64,000 nucleotides of DNA from Eledone cirrhosa (Eukaryota). The stretch is from NCBI GenBank assembly GCA_964016885.1, contig OZ024741.1, positions 209,126,001-209,190,000 of the forward strand, written 5' to 3'. A model generated the notes under the pieces. The model worked only from the letters and a program-made list of their open reading frames with translations. It did not search any database and had not been told where the DNA came from. Each line of letters starts with the position of its first letter. Position 1 is the first letter of the stretch. A program made the translations under genes and the position numbers. Shown one piece after another: positions 36,324-49,500 of this stretch.

Positions 36324-36950
36324 AAGGAAAAGCGAAGTAGTTTCAGATGTTCAAGTCCTTTAATAATAATGCTGTGATATATATTTCAATGGCGACACTG
36401 GCCACACTGTTCTGTGCGCGAGTGTCGTGACATCATCAGACAGCTTGTTACATAATAAGGTTATGTTTCCGAGGCAATCCAAATTGAATCGACATGGGAA
36501 CGGATGAAATGCGTGCTTTTGGGTTTATCACCCGTTCCCCTGTGAGTACCAATTCACCCCCACCGGTCTGCGCGTGCGCATGTCCGAAGGAAGTTGACCA
36601 TTAGCTACTGCAGATTTCAACGAAATTCGCTTATAATACCACTGTATTATACGATAAATTGTTCCAAGATGTGAGAGCGTGGTGGGGTTAACAAACATGC
36701 AAAGGCGATCCCAATATTATTCTCTGTACAAAGAAAATAATCACCCTCTCAGTGACACAATGGCCCGTACCATAGTTTACTGCTACCCATCTCGACTGTG
36801 GTAGTCAGTCGAATGCCAGAGGGGGTGGGAGAGTGTTAGTTTTTACAGGTCATAATACTACCTCTCACCTAGCGTGGACAGTACGACTGACCATCAACTC
36901 AAAGGGAAAATGAACTTAATTCTAGGTATCATGATTTTACATTGTAAGTT
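36320..36950 (-). mobile_element. Second, more diverged copy of the HHR-bearing pLTR (paralog of 11245-11785)
   Basis: Colinear homology with the 11245 copy; abuts (TA)n at 36280-36319; interrupted at 36637-36741. Confidence 0.8.
36371..36444 (-). ncRNA. Type-I minimal hammerhead ribozyme (paralog of 11295-11369)
   Basis: GCUGU-CUGAUGA-[stem II]-GAAA-UAUAUA-UC-ACAGC, with a fully palindromic stem III. Confidence 0.78.
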
Positions 36951-37344
36951 AAGAGTGAGAGTTGGAAATAAAAATTAAAGTCCTAAATCAAGTATCAGAA
37001 ATTATAAATTAAACAATTAAAAAATTAACAATTAGTAATTAAAAGTTAGAAATTTTTTTCCAGTGAGAATTCGGATTGAGGTGAGTAAAAAAGATATAGA
37101 TTGAAGTGAGTAAATAATATGGAGAGAGATGTTTAAGTAAGAAGTTCTGAGAGGGGTTCTAGTGTCACAGTTACTCTATCCACATATTGAACGACAGTGC
37201 CGTACATTAGAACGGAGGGTAAGCTACAGCATTCAAGGCATTAGTCAATCTGGTACAGTCATAATTTCCATCACATGGAACAATACCAATGAGAAGAAGA
37301 AGAAGAAGAAGAAGAAGAAGATTATTATTATAATATCAACTCCA

Positions 37345-37460
37345 CTTCTTGACTGGTATTGTATTACATAAACCTCTGAAAGCTGAAAGACAATGTTGAC
37401 CTCGGCAGAATTCAGATCGAACTGTAATTAACTGATGCAAAGCATTTTGTTCCCTGTCCT
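37345..37460 (-). mobile_element. Diverged SINE copy
   Basis: GACTGGTA...GTTGACCTCGGCAGAATT is the reverse complement of the SINE core. Confidence 0.6.
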
Positions 37461-37486
37461 TTACCTAGACAAAAATTGAAAATATA

Positions 37487-37655
37487 CGAGCGTCGGCTGA
37501 CGAAGAGACTCTCATGGAATGACTAAATGAGGCTTATTTTTCAACACAGTCCCTGAAATGAAATAATACAATTATTAATAAGAAGAATTCAAATTAATGC
37601 ATGCAAGATTTTACAGCTCTAGCAACACTCCAATGAACTTTTCGGCCCACCCTCG
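37487..37655. mobile_element. Mariner-derived MITE
   Basis: TA-CGAGCGTCGGCTGA...TCGGCCCACCCTCG-TA: degenerate TIRs with TA flanks. Confidence 0.65.
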
Positions 37656-37753
37656 TATACGTTCAAACAATCATAGAAGGACATGAATCCCTGTTTCTAG
37701 CGGATATGTGACTATAAAAATATACATGCACTTTCTCCTTCATTATAATAACA

Positions 37754-37922
37754 GGCAGTATCGGTAGAGGGTCAGACACCATAATTTGCAGCAAAGAGTT
37801 ACAGCCCTTTATGTTCAGAGTTCAAATCCCGCCGAGGTTAACTTTGCCTTTCATCCTTCGATAAAATAAAGTACCAGTAATACACTATGATAATTGCTGG
37901 CCTTGTGCCAAAAGTAGAAACA
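37754..37922 (+). mobile_element. tRNA-derived SINE with target-site duplication
   Basis: B box GAGTTCAAATCCC; 14-bp direct repeat ATTATAATAACAGG at 37742-37755 and 37923-37936. Confidence 0.85.
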
Positions 37923-38856
37923 ATTATAATAACAGGTGATAGAGTGACCAGTATGAGGTCAATACCGGATATTTATACGCACAGCTGTGGCTGCAAATTC
38001 CCAAACTACTGGAATCTACTGAAATCAGCTGAAAGTTGAAAAAAGAAACTCAAAATACTGTCTATCTTTGTGTAAAATCTATACACGTAAAAATGCTCTA
38101 CCTTCAGAGTTAAAAGATTAATTTCGGAAAAGATATTACTGATAGAATAAATATGTCGAAAGTTTAGCGAAGAGCACAAGATGAGTTCATTCTTTATTAA
38201 CTAAACACCAGTCTATTTGTTATTAACAAAGATCAGTCTTTCTTTATTAATTTGAGTACAGTATATTCTTTATTAGCTGAAGACCGGTCCATAGTTTACT
38301 ATAGACCAGGCCATTATTAGATCAGTCTCATCATCTTTAAGAAAAAGCAATCTATTCATTATTAGATTTTAAACAGTAAGAAGTAAATATTAACTTCATC
38401 AATTTACTTTTTAACGGCCATATACAATTATGAAAGTATTTTAAGGACTAAAACAGGAAGAGAGAAAAGAAGAGAGAGCAAATTTAATCATGAGAAGGAG
38501 GGAGGAGAAATGAATGGCAAACTCTAAACCCCAGGCTACGTGATATACCTTAGCTGTGACTCCACCGGCAATATAGAGAAAGCTTTACCGCGACATACGC
38601 TGCATCAGCTATACCTTCTCACAAGGCTCTTTCCCCTGGCGGGAATCACTCCTCCCACTAGTGCGGAAGAAAACAGCAGTCAACAGAGATCTCGACTATA
38701 ATTAGTTTTCTATCCTGATTATAAATTTAGAGTAACCATCGCCATCGTCGTCGGCCCAGTTTTACACTGCTCGTGTACACCTATGATTTAACATGGTCCA
38801 ACCATGACATCCCTATATATATTCAGATAGTACATCTAGGTCTGTGAAGGTGTGTG

Positions 38857-38917
<61 letters not shown>

Positions 38918-39995
38918 TAACAGATTAAAGTTGGAATTTAGTCTTCAAATTTATTATTATTACTAAATATATATATTTATATTTACTTCTTGTTCTAATT
39001 TTGTTCTATCTACTCCATCCTGGATTAGATAGAAGATTGGAAGAAAGAGGAGGCACAGAGGAGCATGAATAGTCATTAAGAAGGTCACGAAAGTGCTTTG
39101 ACAATTAACAATTAAACAATCAACAGTTATTGAACTAGCTGCCCCCTATAGGATAATTGATTTCATACTACCTCCCTTAAGTTGAACACAATTTCAATTT
39201 ACCAAGGAGGATAAGAAAAAGCAGAAGTAATATGAAATCTCTATATCGGTATTTTGAAGGAATGTTGTATATTGTTTTATGAAAAGAGGTAAAATTATAT
39301 TTTTCGAGTATGTTAGGTTCATAATGTTAGGTTCAATAATAACAAGATGGCGACGACGAAGGACATATGACCACGGCTCCCCAAACTAAATATAATATTA
39401 TCACCGAAAACTGCCCTTTTAACACGTCAGATGTTACAAATATTTTGACTGTTCCCTGACTATTAGTACTAGTTTCAACATAACATTACTTTAACCAAGT
39501 ATATCTGATTTTCGCCAACAAACCACGTATGGACATAAATGAAAAAAATGAATCACTACATCCCTTACAACTAAGTACTTCCCAAACTCTATAAACAACA
39601 ATATACACACAGATTTATATACAGATACTTACCACACACGCATATACACACAAAGTGAAAAGAAACCACACTATTTCGTGTGAGAGACTATACCGGCCAA
39701 TCTTATGTACATTATAAAACCATTCTGAATATTGACTTCGCTTCTAACCCACATACACCTTTTAATTATATATACGTGCGCAGATCTTTTTGTATACACA
39801 CACACAATACATTGGAAAACGGAAACAAAAATACAAAAACAAAACATAACCAAAAAATTTTATTTATCTCGTTAACAAGTGTGCTAAACCTACGCAGCAT
39901 ATCTGTTTACATTTTGTTCTACTGTACGGATGGACAGACAGAACAAAATTGCTATTGTGACATCCATGGATGAAGTGTGTGATAAAACTGGGTGA

Positions 39996-40353
39996 TGTTC
40001 CAAAATAGAACATTGCCCAGAAAATCACGTCTGTCATCTATGTACAGAACCAGAGAACTCCTTCCGAAATCGATGGGTTGAATGTGACAAATGTCGTGTT
40101 TCTGTTTGCCTTCAATGTGCCACAAACTTTCGAAAGATCCCAGGTCAGAAAAAGAGACACCATATTTCTATGATGGATGGACTCTGGGAAATGGTCCAGC
40201 TACCAAATTGGTCTAAGCAGTACCTAGCCTGTGTGTCTGCCTCTACCATTGCTGTTGAACAACAACAACAAAAACTGACGATCGTGTCTTCCTCTACCAT
40301 TGTTCCGGAACAACGGCAAAAACCAACGACCGTAGCTTCCGCTACTACTCCTG
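39996..40353 (+). other. Open frame with a PHD/RING-like Cys cluster followed by S/T/Q-rich repeats, cut by the gap
   Basis: The frame of ORF 40170, extended upstream, reads HVCHLCTEPENSFRNRWVECDKCRVSVCLQC. There is an in-frame TGA at 39993. Confidence 0.45.
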
Positions 40354-40553
40354 NNNNNNNNNNNNNNNNNNNNNNNNNNNNNNNNNNNNNNNNNNNNNNN
40401 NNNNNNNNNNNNNNNNNNNNNNNNNNNNNNNNNNNNNNNNNNNNNNNNNNNNNNNNNNNNNNNNNNNNNNNNNNNNNNNNNNNNNNNNNNNNNNNNNNNN
40501 NNNNNNNNNNNNNNNNNNNNNNNNNNNNNNNNNNNNNNNNNNNNNNNNNNNNN
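40354..40553. other. Assembly gap (200 N)
   Basis: Seen directly. The round length suggests a placeholder of unknown true size. Confidence 0.99.
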
Positions 40554-43500
40554 TTTTCGAAAAATAGATTATTTTAGGTTTTTGATCAAAAAAATCAATT
40601 TTTGAAAGATATCGAAAAGTAGAAAAAAATTGATTATTTTAGGTTTTTCGAAAAATTTCAAAAAGTAGAAAAAAATTGATTATTTTAGGTTTTTCGAAAA
40701 ATTTCAAAAAGTAGAATAAAATTGATTATTTTAGGTTTTTCGAAAAATTGAATATTTTAGGTTTTTGATCAAAAAAATCAATTTTTGAAAGATATCGAAA
40801 AGTAGAAAAAAATTGATTATTTTAGGTTTTTCGAAAAATTTCAAAAGTAGAAAAAAATTGATTATTTTAGGCTTTTCGAAAAATTGAATATTTTAGGTTT
40901 TTGATCAATTTTTTAAAGTTATCGAAAAGTAGAAAAAAATTGATTATTTTAGGTTTTTCGAAAGATATCGAGAAGTAGAAAAAAATTGATTATTTTAGGT
41001 TTTTTGAAAAATTGAACAAAAAATCAATTATTTAAAGATATCGAAAAGTAGAAAAAAATCGATTATTTTAGGTTTTTCGAAAAATAGAATATTTTAGGTT
41101 TTTGATCAAAAAAATCAATTTTTTAAATATAGCGAAAAGTAGAAAAAAATCGATTATTTTAGGTTTTTCGAAAAATAGATTATTTTAGGTTTTTGATCAA
41201 AAAAATCAATTTTTGAAAGATATCGAAAAGTAGAGAAAAATTGATTATTTTAGGTTTTTCGAAAAATTTCGAAAAGTAGAAAAAAATTGATTATTTTAGG
41301 TTTCTTGAAAAATTGAATATTTTAGGTTTTTGATCAATTTTTTAAGGTTATCGAAAAGTAGAAAAAAATTGATTATTTTAGGTTTTTTGAAAAATTGAAT
41401 ATTTTAGGTTTTTGATCAGAAAAATCAATTTTTTAAAAATATCGAAAAGTAGAAAAAAATCGATTATTTTAGGTTTTTCGAAAAATAGAATACTTTAGGT
41501 TTTTGATCAAAAAAATCAATTTTTGAAATATATCGAAAAGTAGAAAAAAATCGATTATTTTAGGTTTTTCGAAAAATAGAATATTTTAGGTTTTTGATCG
41601 AAAAAATCAATTTTTTAAAAATATCGAAAAGTAGAAAAAAATTGATTATTTTAGGTTTTTCGAAAGATTTCGAAAAGTAGAAAAAAATTGATTATTATAG
41701 GTTTTTTGAAAAATTGAATATTTTAGGTTTTTGATCAATTTTTTAAAAATATCGAGAAGTAGAAAAAAATTGATTATTTTAGGTTTTTCGAAAGATATCG
41801 AGAAGTAGAAAAAAATTGATTATTTTAGGTTTTTTGAAAAATTGAACAAAAAAATCAATTTTTTAAAGATATCGAAAAGTAGAAAAAAATCGATTATTTT
41901 AGGTTTTTCGAAAAATAGAATATTTTAGGTTTTTGATCAAAAAAATAAATTTTTTAAGAATATCTAAAAGTAGAAAAAAATTGATTATTTTAGGTTTTTC
42001 GAAAAATTTCAAAAAGTAGAAAAAAATTGATTATTTTAGGTTTTTCGAAAGATTGAATATTTTAGGTTTTTGATCAAAAAAATCAATTTTTTAAAAATAT
42101 CGAAAAGTAGAAAAAAATCGATTATTTTAGGTTTTTCGAAAAATAGATTATTTTAGGTTTTTGATCAAAAAAATCAATTTTTGAAAGATATCGAAAAGTA
42201 GAAAAAAATTGATTATTTTAGGTTTTTCGAAAAATTTCAAAAAGTAGAAAAAAATTGATTATTTTAGGTTTTTCGAAAAATTTCAAAAAGTAGAATAAAA
42301 TTGATTATTTTAGGTTTTTCGAAAAATTGAATATTTTAGGTTTTTGATCAAAAAAATCAATTTTTGAAAGATATCGAAAAGTAGAAAAAAATTGATTATT
42401 TTAGGTTTTTCGAAAAATTTCAAAAAGTAGAAAAAAATTGATTATTTTAGGCTTTTCGAAAAATTGAATATTTTAGGTTTTTGATCAATTTTTTAAAGTT
42501 ATCGAAAAGTAGAAAAAAATTGATTATTTTAGGTTTTTCGAAAGATATCGAGAAGTAGAAAAAAATTGATTATTTTAGGTTTTTTGAAAAATTGAACAAA
42601 AAATCAATTATTTAAAGATATCGAAAAGTAGAAAAAAATCGATTATTTTAGGTTTTTCGAAAAATAGAATATTTTAGGTTTTTGATCAAAAAAATCAATT
42701 TTTAAAAATAGCGAAAAGTAGAAAAAAATCGATTATTTTAGGTTTTTCGAAAAATAGATTATTTTAGGTTTTTGATCAAAAAAATCAATTTTTGAAAGAT
42801 ATCGAAAAGTAGAGAAAAATTGATTATTTTAGGTTTTTCGAAAAATTTCGAAAAGTAGAAAAAAATTGATTATTTTAGGTTTCTTGAAAAATTGAATATT
42901 TTAGGTTTTTGATCAATTTTTAAGGTTATCGAAAAGTAGAAAAAAATTGATTATTTTAGGTTTTTCGAAAAATTTCGAAAAGTAGAAAAAAATTGATTAT
43001 TCTAGGTTTTTCGAAAATAGAATATTTTAGGTTTTTGATCAATTTTTTAGAGATATCGAAAAGTAGAAAAAAATTGATTATTTTAGGTTTTTCGAAATAT
43101 TTCAAAAAGTAGAAAAAAATTGATTATTTTAGGTTTTTCGAAAAATTTCAAAAAGTAGAAAAAAATTGATTATTTTATGTTTCTCGAAAAATTTCGAAAA
43201 GTAGAAAAAAATTAATTATTTTAGGTTTTTCGAAAAATAGAGTATTTTAGGTTTTTGATCGAAAAAATCAATTTTTTAAAAATATCGAAAAGTAGAAAAA
43301 AATTGATTATTTTAGGTTTTTTGAAAAATAGATTATTTTAGGTTTTTGATCAAAAAAATCAATTTTTTAAAGATATCGAAAAGTAGAAAAAAATTGATTA
43401 TTTTAGGTTTTTCGAAAGATTTCACAAAGTAGAAAAAAATTGATTATTTTAGGTTTTTCGAAAAATTGAATATTTTAGGTTTTTGATCAAAAAAATCAAT

Positions 43501-46500
43501 ATTTGAAATATTTCGAAAAGTAGATAAAAATTGATTATTTTAGGTTTTTCGAAATATTTCAAAAAGTAGAAAAAAATTGATTATTTTAGGCTTTTCGAAA
43601 AATTGAATATTTTAGGTTTTTGATCAATTTTTTAAAGTTATCGTAAAGTAGAAAAAAATTGATTAACTTAGGTTTTTTGAAAAATTGAATATTTTAGGTT
43701 TTTGATCAATTTTTTAAATCTATCGAAAAGTAGAAAAAAATTGATTATTTTAGGTTTTTCGAAAGATATCGAAAAGTAGAAAAAAATTGATTATTTTAGG
43801 TTTTTTTAGAAAATTGAATATTTTATGTTTTTGATCAGTTTTTTGATATATTTCGAAAAGTAGAAAAAAATTGATTATTTTAGGTTTTTCGAAAGATATC
43901 GAAAAGTAGAAAAAAATCGATTATTTTAGGTTTTTCGAAAAATAGATTATTTTAGGTTTTTGATCAAAAAAATCAATTTTTGAAAGAAATCGAAAAGTAG
44001 AAAAAAATTGATTATTTTAGGTTTTTAGAAAAATTTCAAAAAGTAGAAAAAAATTGATTATTTTAGGTTTTTCGAAAAATAGAATATTTTAGGTTTTTGA
44101 TCAAAAAAATCAATATTTGAAATATTTCGAAAAGTAGATAAAAATTGATTATTTCAGGTTTTTCGAAAAATTTCAAAAAGTAGAAAAAAATTGATTATTT
44201 TAGGCTTTTCGAAAAATTGAATATTTTAGGTTTTTGATCAATTTTTTAAAGTTATCGAAAAGTAGAAAAAAATTGATTATTCTAGGTTTTTCGAAAAATT
44301 TCAAAAAGTAGAAAAAAATTGATTATTTTAGGTTTTTCGAAAAATTGAATATTTTAGGTTTTTGATCAGAAAAATCAATTTTTTAAAAATATCGAAAAGT
44401 AGAAAAAAATCGATTATTTTAGGTTTTTCGAAAAATAGAATACTTTAGGTTTTTGATCAAAAAAATCAATTTTTGAAATATATCGAAAAGTAGAAAAAAA
44501 TCGATTATTTTAGGTTTTTCGAAAAATAGAATATTTTAGGTTTTTGATCGAAAAAATCAATTTTTTAAAAATATCGAAAAGTAGAAAAAAATTGATTATT
44601 TTAGGTTTTTCGAAAGATTTCGAAAAGTAGAAAAAAATTGATTATTATAGGTTTTTTGAAAAATTGAATATTTTAGGTTTTTGATCAATTTTTTAAAAAT
44701 ATCGAGAAGTAGAAAAAAATTGATTATTTTAGGTTTTTCGAAAGATATCGAGAAGTAGAAAAAAATTGATTATTTTAGGTTTTTTGAAAAATTGAACAAA
44801 AAAATAAATTTTTTAAGAATATCTAAAGTAGAAAAAAATTGATTATTTTAGGTTTTTCGAAAAATTTCAAAAAGTAGAAAAAAATTGATTATTTTAGGTT
44901 TTTCGAAAAATTGAATATTTTAGGTTTTTGATCAAAAAAATCAATTTTTTAAAAATATCGAAAAGTAGAAAAAAATCGATTATTTTAGGTTTTTCGAAAA
45001 ATAGATTATTTTAGGTTTTTGATCAAAAAAATCAATTTTTGAAAGATATCGAAAAGTAGAAAAAAATTGATTATTTTAGGTTTTTCGAAAAATTTCAAAA
45101 AGTAGAAAAAAATTGATTATTTTAGGTTTTTCGAAAAATTTCAAAAAGTAGAATAAAATTGATTATTTTAGGTTTTTCGAAAAATTGAATATTTTAGGTT
45201 TTTGATCAAAAAAATCAATTTTTGAAAGATATCGAAAAGTAGAAAAAAATTGATTATTTTAGGTTTTTCGAAAAATTTCAAAAAGTAGAAAAAAATTGAT
45301 TATTTTAGGCTTTTCGAAAAATTGAATATTTTAGGTTTTTGATCAATTTTTTAAAGTTATCGAAAAGTAGAAAAAAATTGATTATTTTAGGTTTTTCGAA
45401 AGATATCGAGAAGTAGAAAAAAATTGATTATTTTAGGTTTTTGAAAAATTGAACAAAAAATCAATTATTTAAAGATATCGAAAAGTAGAAAAAATCGATT
45501 ATTTTAGGTTTTTCGAAAAATAGAATATTTTAGGTTTTTGATCAAAAAAATCAATTTTTTAAAAATAGCGAAAAGTAGAAAAAAATCGATTATTTTAGGT
45601 TTTTCGAAAAATAGATTATTTTAGGTTTTTGATCAAAAAATCAATTTTTGAAAGATATCGAAAAGTAGAGAAAAATTGATTATTTTAGGTTTTTCGAAAA
45701 ATTTCGAAAAGTAGAAAAAAATTGATTATTTTAGGTTTCTTGAAAAATTGAATATTTTAGGTTTTTGATCAATTTTTTAAGGTTATCGAAAAGTAGAAAA
45801 AAATTGATTATTTTAGGTTTTTCGAAAAATTTCGAAAAGTAGAAAAAAATTGATTATTCTAGGTTTTTCGAAAAATAGAATATTTTAGGTTTTTGATCAA
45901 TTTTTTAGAGATATCGAAAAGTAGAAAAAAATTGATTATTTTAGGTTTTTCGAAATATTTCAAAAAGTAGAAAAAAATTGATTATTTTAGGTTTTTCGAA
46001 AAATTTCAAAAAGTAGAAAAAAATTGATTATTTTATGTTTCTCGAAAAATTTCGAAAAGTAGAAAAAAATTAATTATTTTAGGTTTTTCGAAAAATAGAG
46101 TATTTTAGGTTTTTGATCGAAAAAATCAATTTTTTAAAAATATCGAAAAGTAGAAAAAAATTGATTATTTTAGGTTTTTTGAAAAATAGATTATTTTAGG
46201 TTTTTGATCAAAAAAATCAATTTTTTAAAGATATCGAAAAGTAGAAAAAAATTGATTATTTTAGGTTTTTCGAAAGATTTCACAAAGTAGAAAAAAATTG
46301 ATTATTTTAGGTTTTTCGAAAAATTGAATATTTTAGGTTTTTGATCAAAAAAATCAATTTTTTAAAGATATCGAAAAGTAGAAAAAAATTGATTATTTTA
46401 GGTTTTTCGAAAAATTTCAAAAGTAGAAAAAAATTGATTATTTTATGTTTCTCGAAAGATTTCGAAAAGTAGAAAAAAATTAATTATTTTAGGTTTTTCG

Positions 46501-49500
46501 AAAAATAGATTATTTTAGGTTTTTGATCAAAAAAATCAATTTTTGAAATATTTCGAAAAGTAGAAAAAAATAGATTATTTTAGGTTTTTCGAAAAATAGA
46601 ATATTTTAGGTTTTTGATCAAAAAAATCAATTTTTGAAATATTTCGAAAAGTAGAAAAAAATAGATTATTTTAGGTTTTTCGAAAAATAGAATATTTTAG
46701 GTTTTTGATCAAAAAAATCAATTTTTGAAATATTTCGAAAAGTAGAAAAAAAAAGATTATTTTAGGTTTTTCGAAAAATAGAATATTTTAGGTTTTAGAT
46801 CAAAAAAATCAATTTTTGAAATATTTCGAAAAGTAGAAAAAAAAAGATTATTTTAGGTTTTCGAAAAATTTCAAAAAGTAGAAAAAAATTGATTATTTTA
46901 GGTTTTTCGAAAAATAGAATATTTTAGGTTTTTGATCAAAAAAATCTATATTTGAAATATTTCGAAAAGTAGATAAAAATTGATTATTTTAGGTTTTTCG
47001 AAAAATTTCAAAAAGTAGAAAAAAATTGATTATTTTAGGCTTTTCGAAAAATTGAATATTTTAGGTTTTTGATCAATTTTTTAAAGTTATCGAAAAGTAG
47101 AAAAAAATTGATTATTTTAGGTTTTTCGAAAAATTTCAAAAAGTAGAAAAAAATTGATTATTTTAGGTTTTTCGAAAAAACCTAAAATATTCAATTTTTC
47201 AAAAAACCTAAAGTAATCAATTTTTTTCTACTTTTCGATATCTTTAAAAAATTGATCAAAAACCTAAAATATTCAATTTTTTAAAAAACCTAAAATAATC
47301 GATTTCTTTCTACTTTTCGATAGTTTTAAAAAATTTATTTTTTTGATCAAAAACCTAAAATATTCAATTTTTCAAAAAACCTAAAATAATCAATTTTTTT
47401 CTACTTTTTGAAATATTTCGAAAAACCTAAAATAATCAATTTTTTTCTACTTTTCGATATCTTTCAAAAATTGATTTTTTTGATCAAAAACCTAAAATAT
47501 TCTATTTTTCGAAAAACCTAAAATAATCGATTTTTTCCTACTTTTCGATATTTTTAAAAAATTGATTTTTTTGATCAAAAACCTAAAATATTCAATTTTT
47601 CAAAATACCTAAAATAATCAATTTTTTTCTACTTTTCGATGTTTTTAAAAAATTGATTTTTTTGATCAAAAACCTAAAATATTCTATTTTTCGAAAAACC
47701 TAAAATAATCGATTTTTTCCTACTTTTCGATTTTTTTAAAAAATTGATTTTTTTGATCAAAAACCTAAAATATTCTATTTTTCGAAAAACCTAAAATAAT
47801 CAATTTTTTTCTACTTTTTGAAATTTTTCGAAAAACCTAAAATTATCACTTTTTTCTACTTTTCGAAACTTTTCGAAAAACCTAAAATAATCGATTTTTT
47901 TCTACTTTTCGATAGTTTTAAAAAATTTATTTTTTTGATCAAAAACCTAAAATATTCAATTTTTCAAAAAACCTAAAATAATCAATTTTTTTCTACTTTT
48001 CGAAATTTTTCGAAAAACCTAAAATAATCAATTTTTCTCTACTTTTCGATATCTTTAAAAAATTGATTTTTTTGATCAAAAACCTAAAATATTCAATTTT
48101 TCAAAAAACCTAAAATAATCAATTTTTTTCTACTTTTCGAAACTTTTCGAAAAACCTAAAATAATCAATTTTTTTCTACTTTTCGATATCTTTAAAAAAT
48201 TGATTTTTTTGATCAAAAACCTAAAATATTCTATTTTTCGAAAAACCTAAAATAATCGATTTTTTTCTACTTTTCGATAATTTTAAAATATTGATTTTTT
48301 TGATCAAAAACCTAAAATATTCAATTTTTCAAAAAACCTAAAATAATCAATTTTTTTCTACTTTTCGATAACTTTAAAAAATTGATCAAAAACCTAAAAT
48401 ATTCAATTTTTCAAAAAACCTAAGATAATCAATTTTTTTCTACTTTTCGATATCTTTCGAAAAACCTAAAATAATCAAGTTTTTTCTACTTTTCGATACT
48501 CCTAAAAAATTGATCAAAAACCTAAAATATTCAATTTTTCAAAAAACCTAAAATAATCAATTTTTTTCTACTTTTTCGAAACTTTTCGAAAAACCTAAAA
48601 TAATCAATTTTTTTCTACTTTTCGATAACTTTCAAAAATTGATTTTTTTGATCAAAAACCTAAAATATTCAATTTTTCAAAAAACCTAAAATAATCAATT
48701 TTTTTCTACTTTTCGATATCTTTAAAAAATTGATCAAAAACCTAAAATATTCAATTTTTCAAAAAACCTAAAATAATCGATTTTTTTCTACTTTTCGATA
48801 GTTTTAAAAAATTTATTTTTTTGATCAAAAACCTAAAATATTCAATTTTTCGAAAAACCTAAAATAATCAATTTTTTTCTACTTTTTGAAATTTTTCGAA
48901 AAACCTAAAATAATCAATTTTTTTCTACTTTTTGAAATTTTTCGAAAAACCTAAAATAATCAATTTTTTTCTACTTTTTGAAATTTTTCGAAAAACCTAA
49001 AATAATCAATTTTTTTCTACTTTTCGATATTCTTAAAAAATTGATTTTTTTGATCAAAAACCTAAAATATTCAATTTTTCAAAAAACCTAAAATAATCAA
49101 TTTTTTTCTACTTTTTGAAATTTTTCGAAAAACCTAAAATAATCAATTTTTTTCTACTTTTTGAAATATTTCGAAAAACCTAAAATAATCAATTTTTTTC
49201 TACTTTTTGAAATTTTTCGAAAAACCTAAAATAATCAATTTTTTTCTACTTTTCGATACCTTTAAAAAATTGATCAAAAACCTAAAATATTCAATTTTTC
49301 AAAAAAACCTAAAATAATCAATTTTTTTCTACTTTTCGATATCTTTCAAAAATTGATTTTTTTGATCAAAAACCTAAAATATTCAATTTTTCAAAATACC
49401 TAAAATAATCAATTTTTTTCTACTTCTCGATGTTTTTAAAAAATTGATTTTTTTTATCAAGAACCTAAAATATTCTATTTTTCAAAAAACCTAAAATAAT

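Noticed and set aside
37497-37520. CTGACGA as another hammerhead core
   Set aside because: No downstream GAAA or stem I; it lies in a mariner-like TIR.
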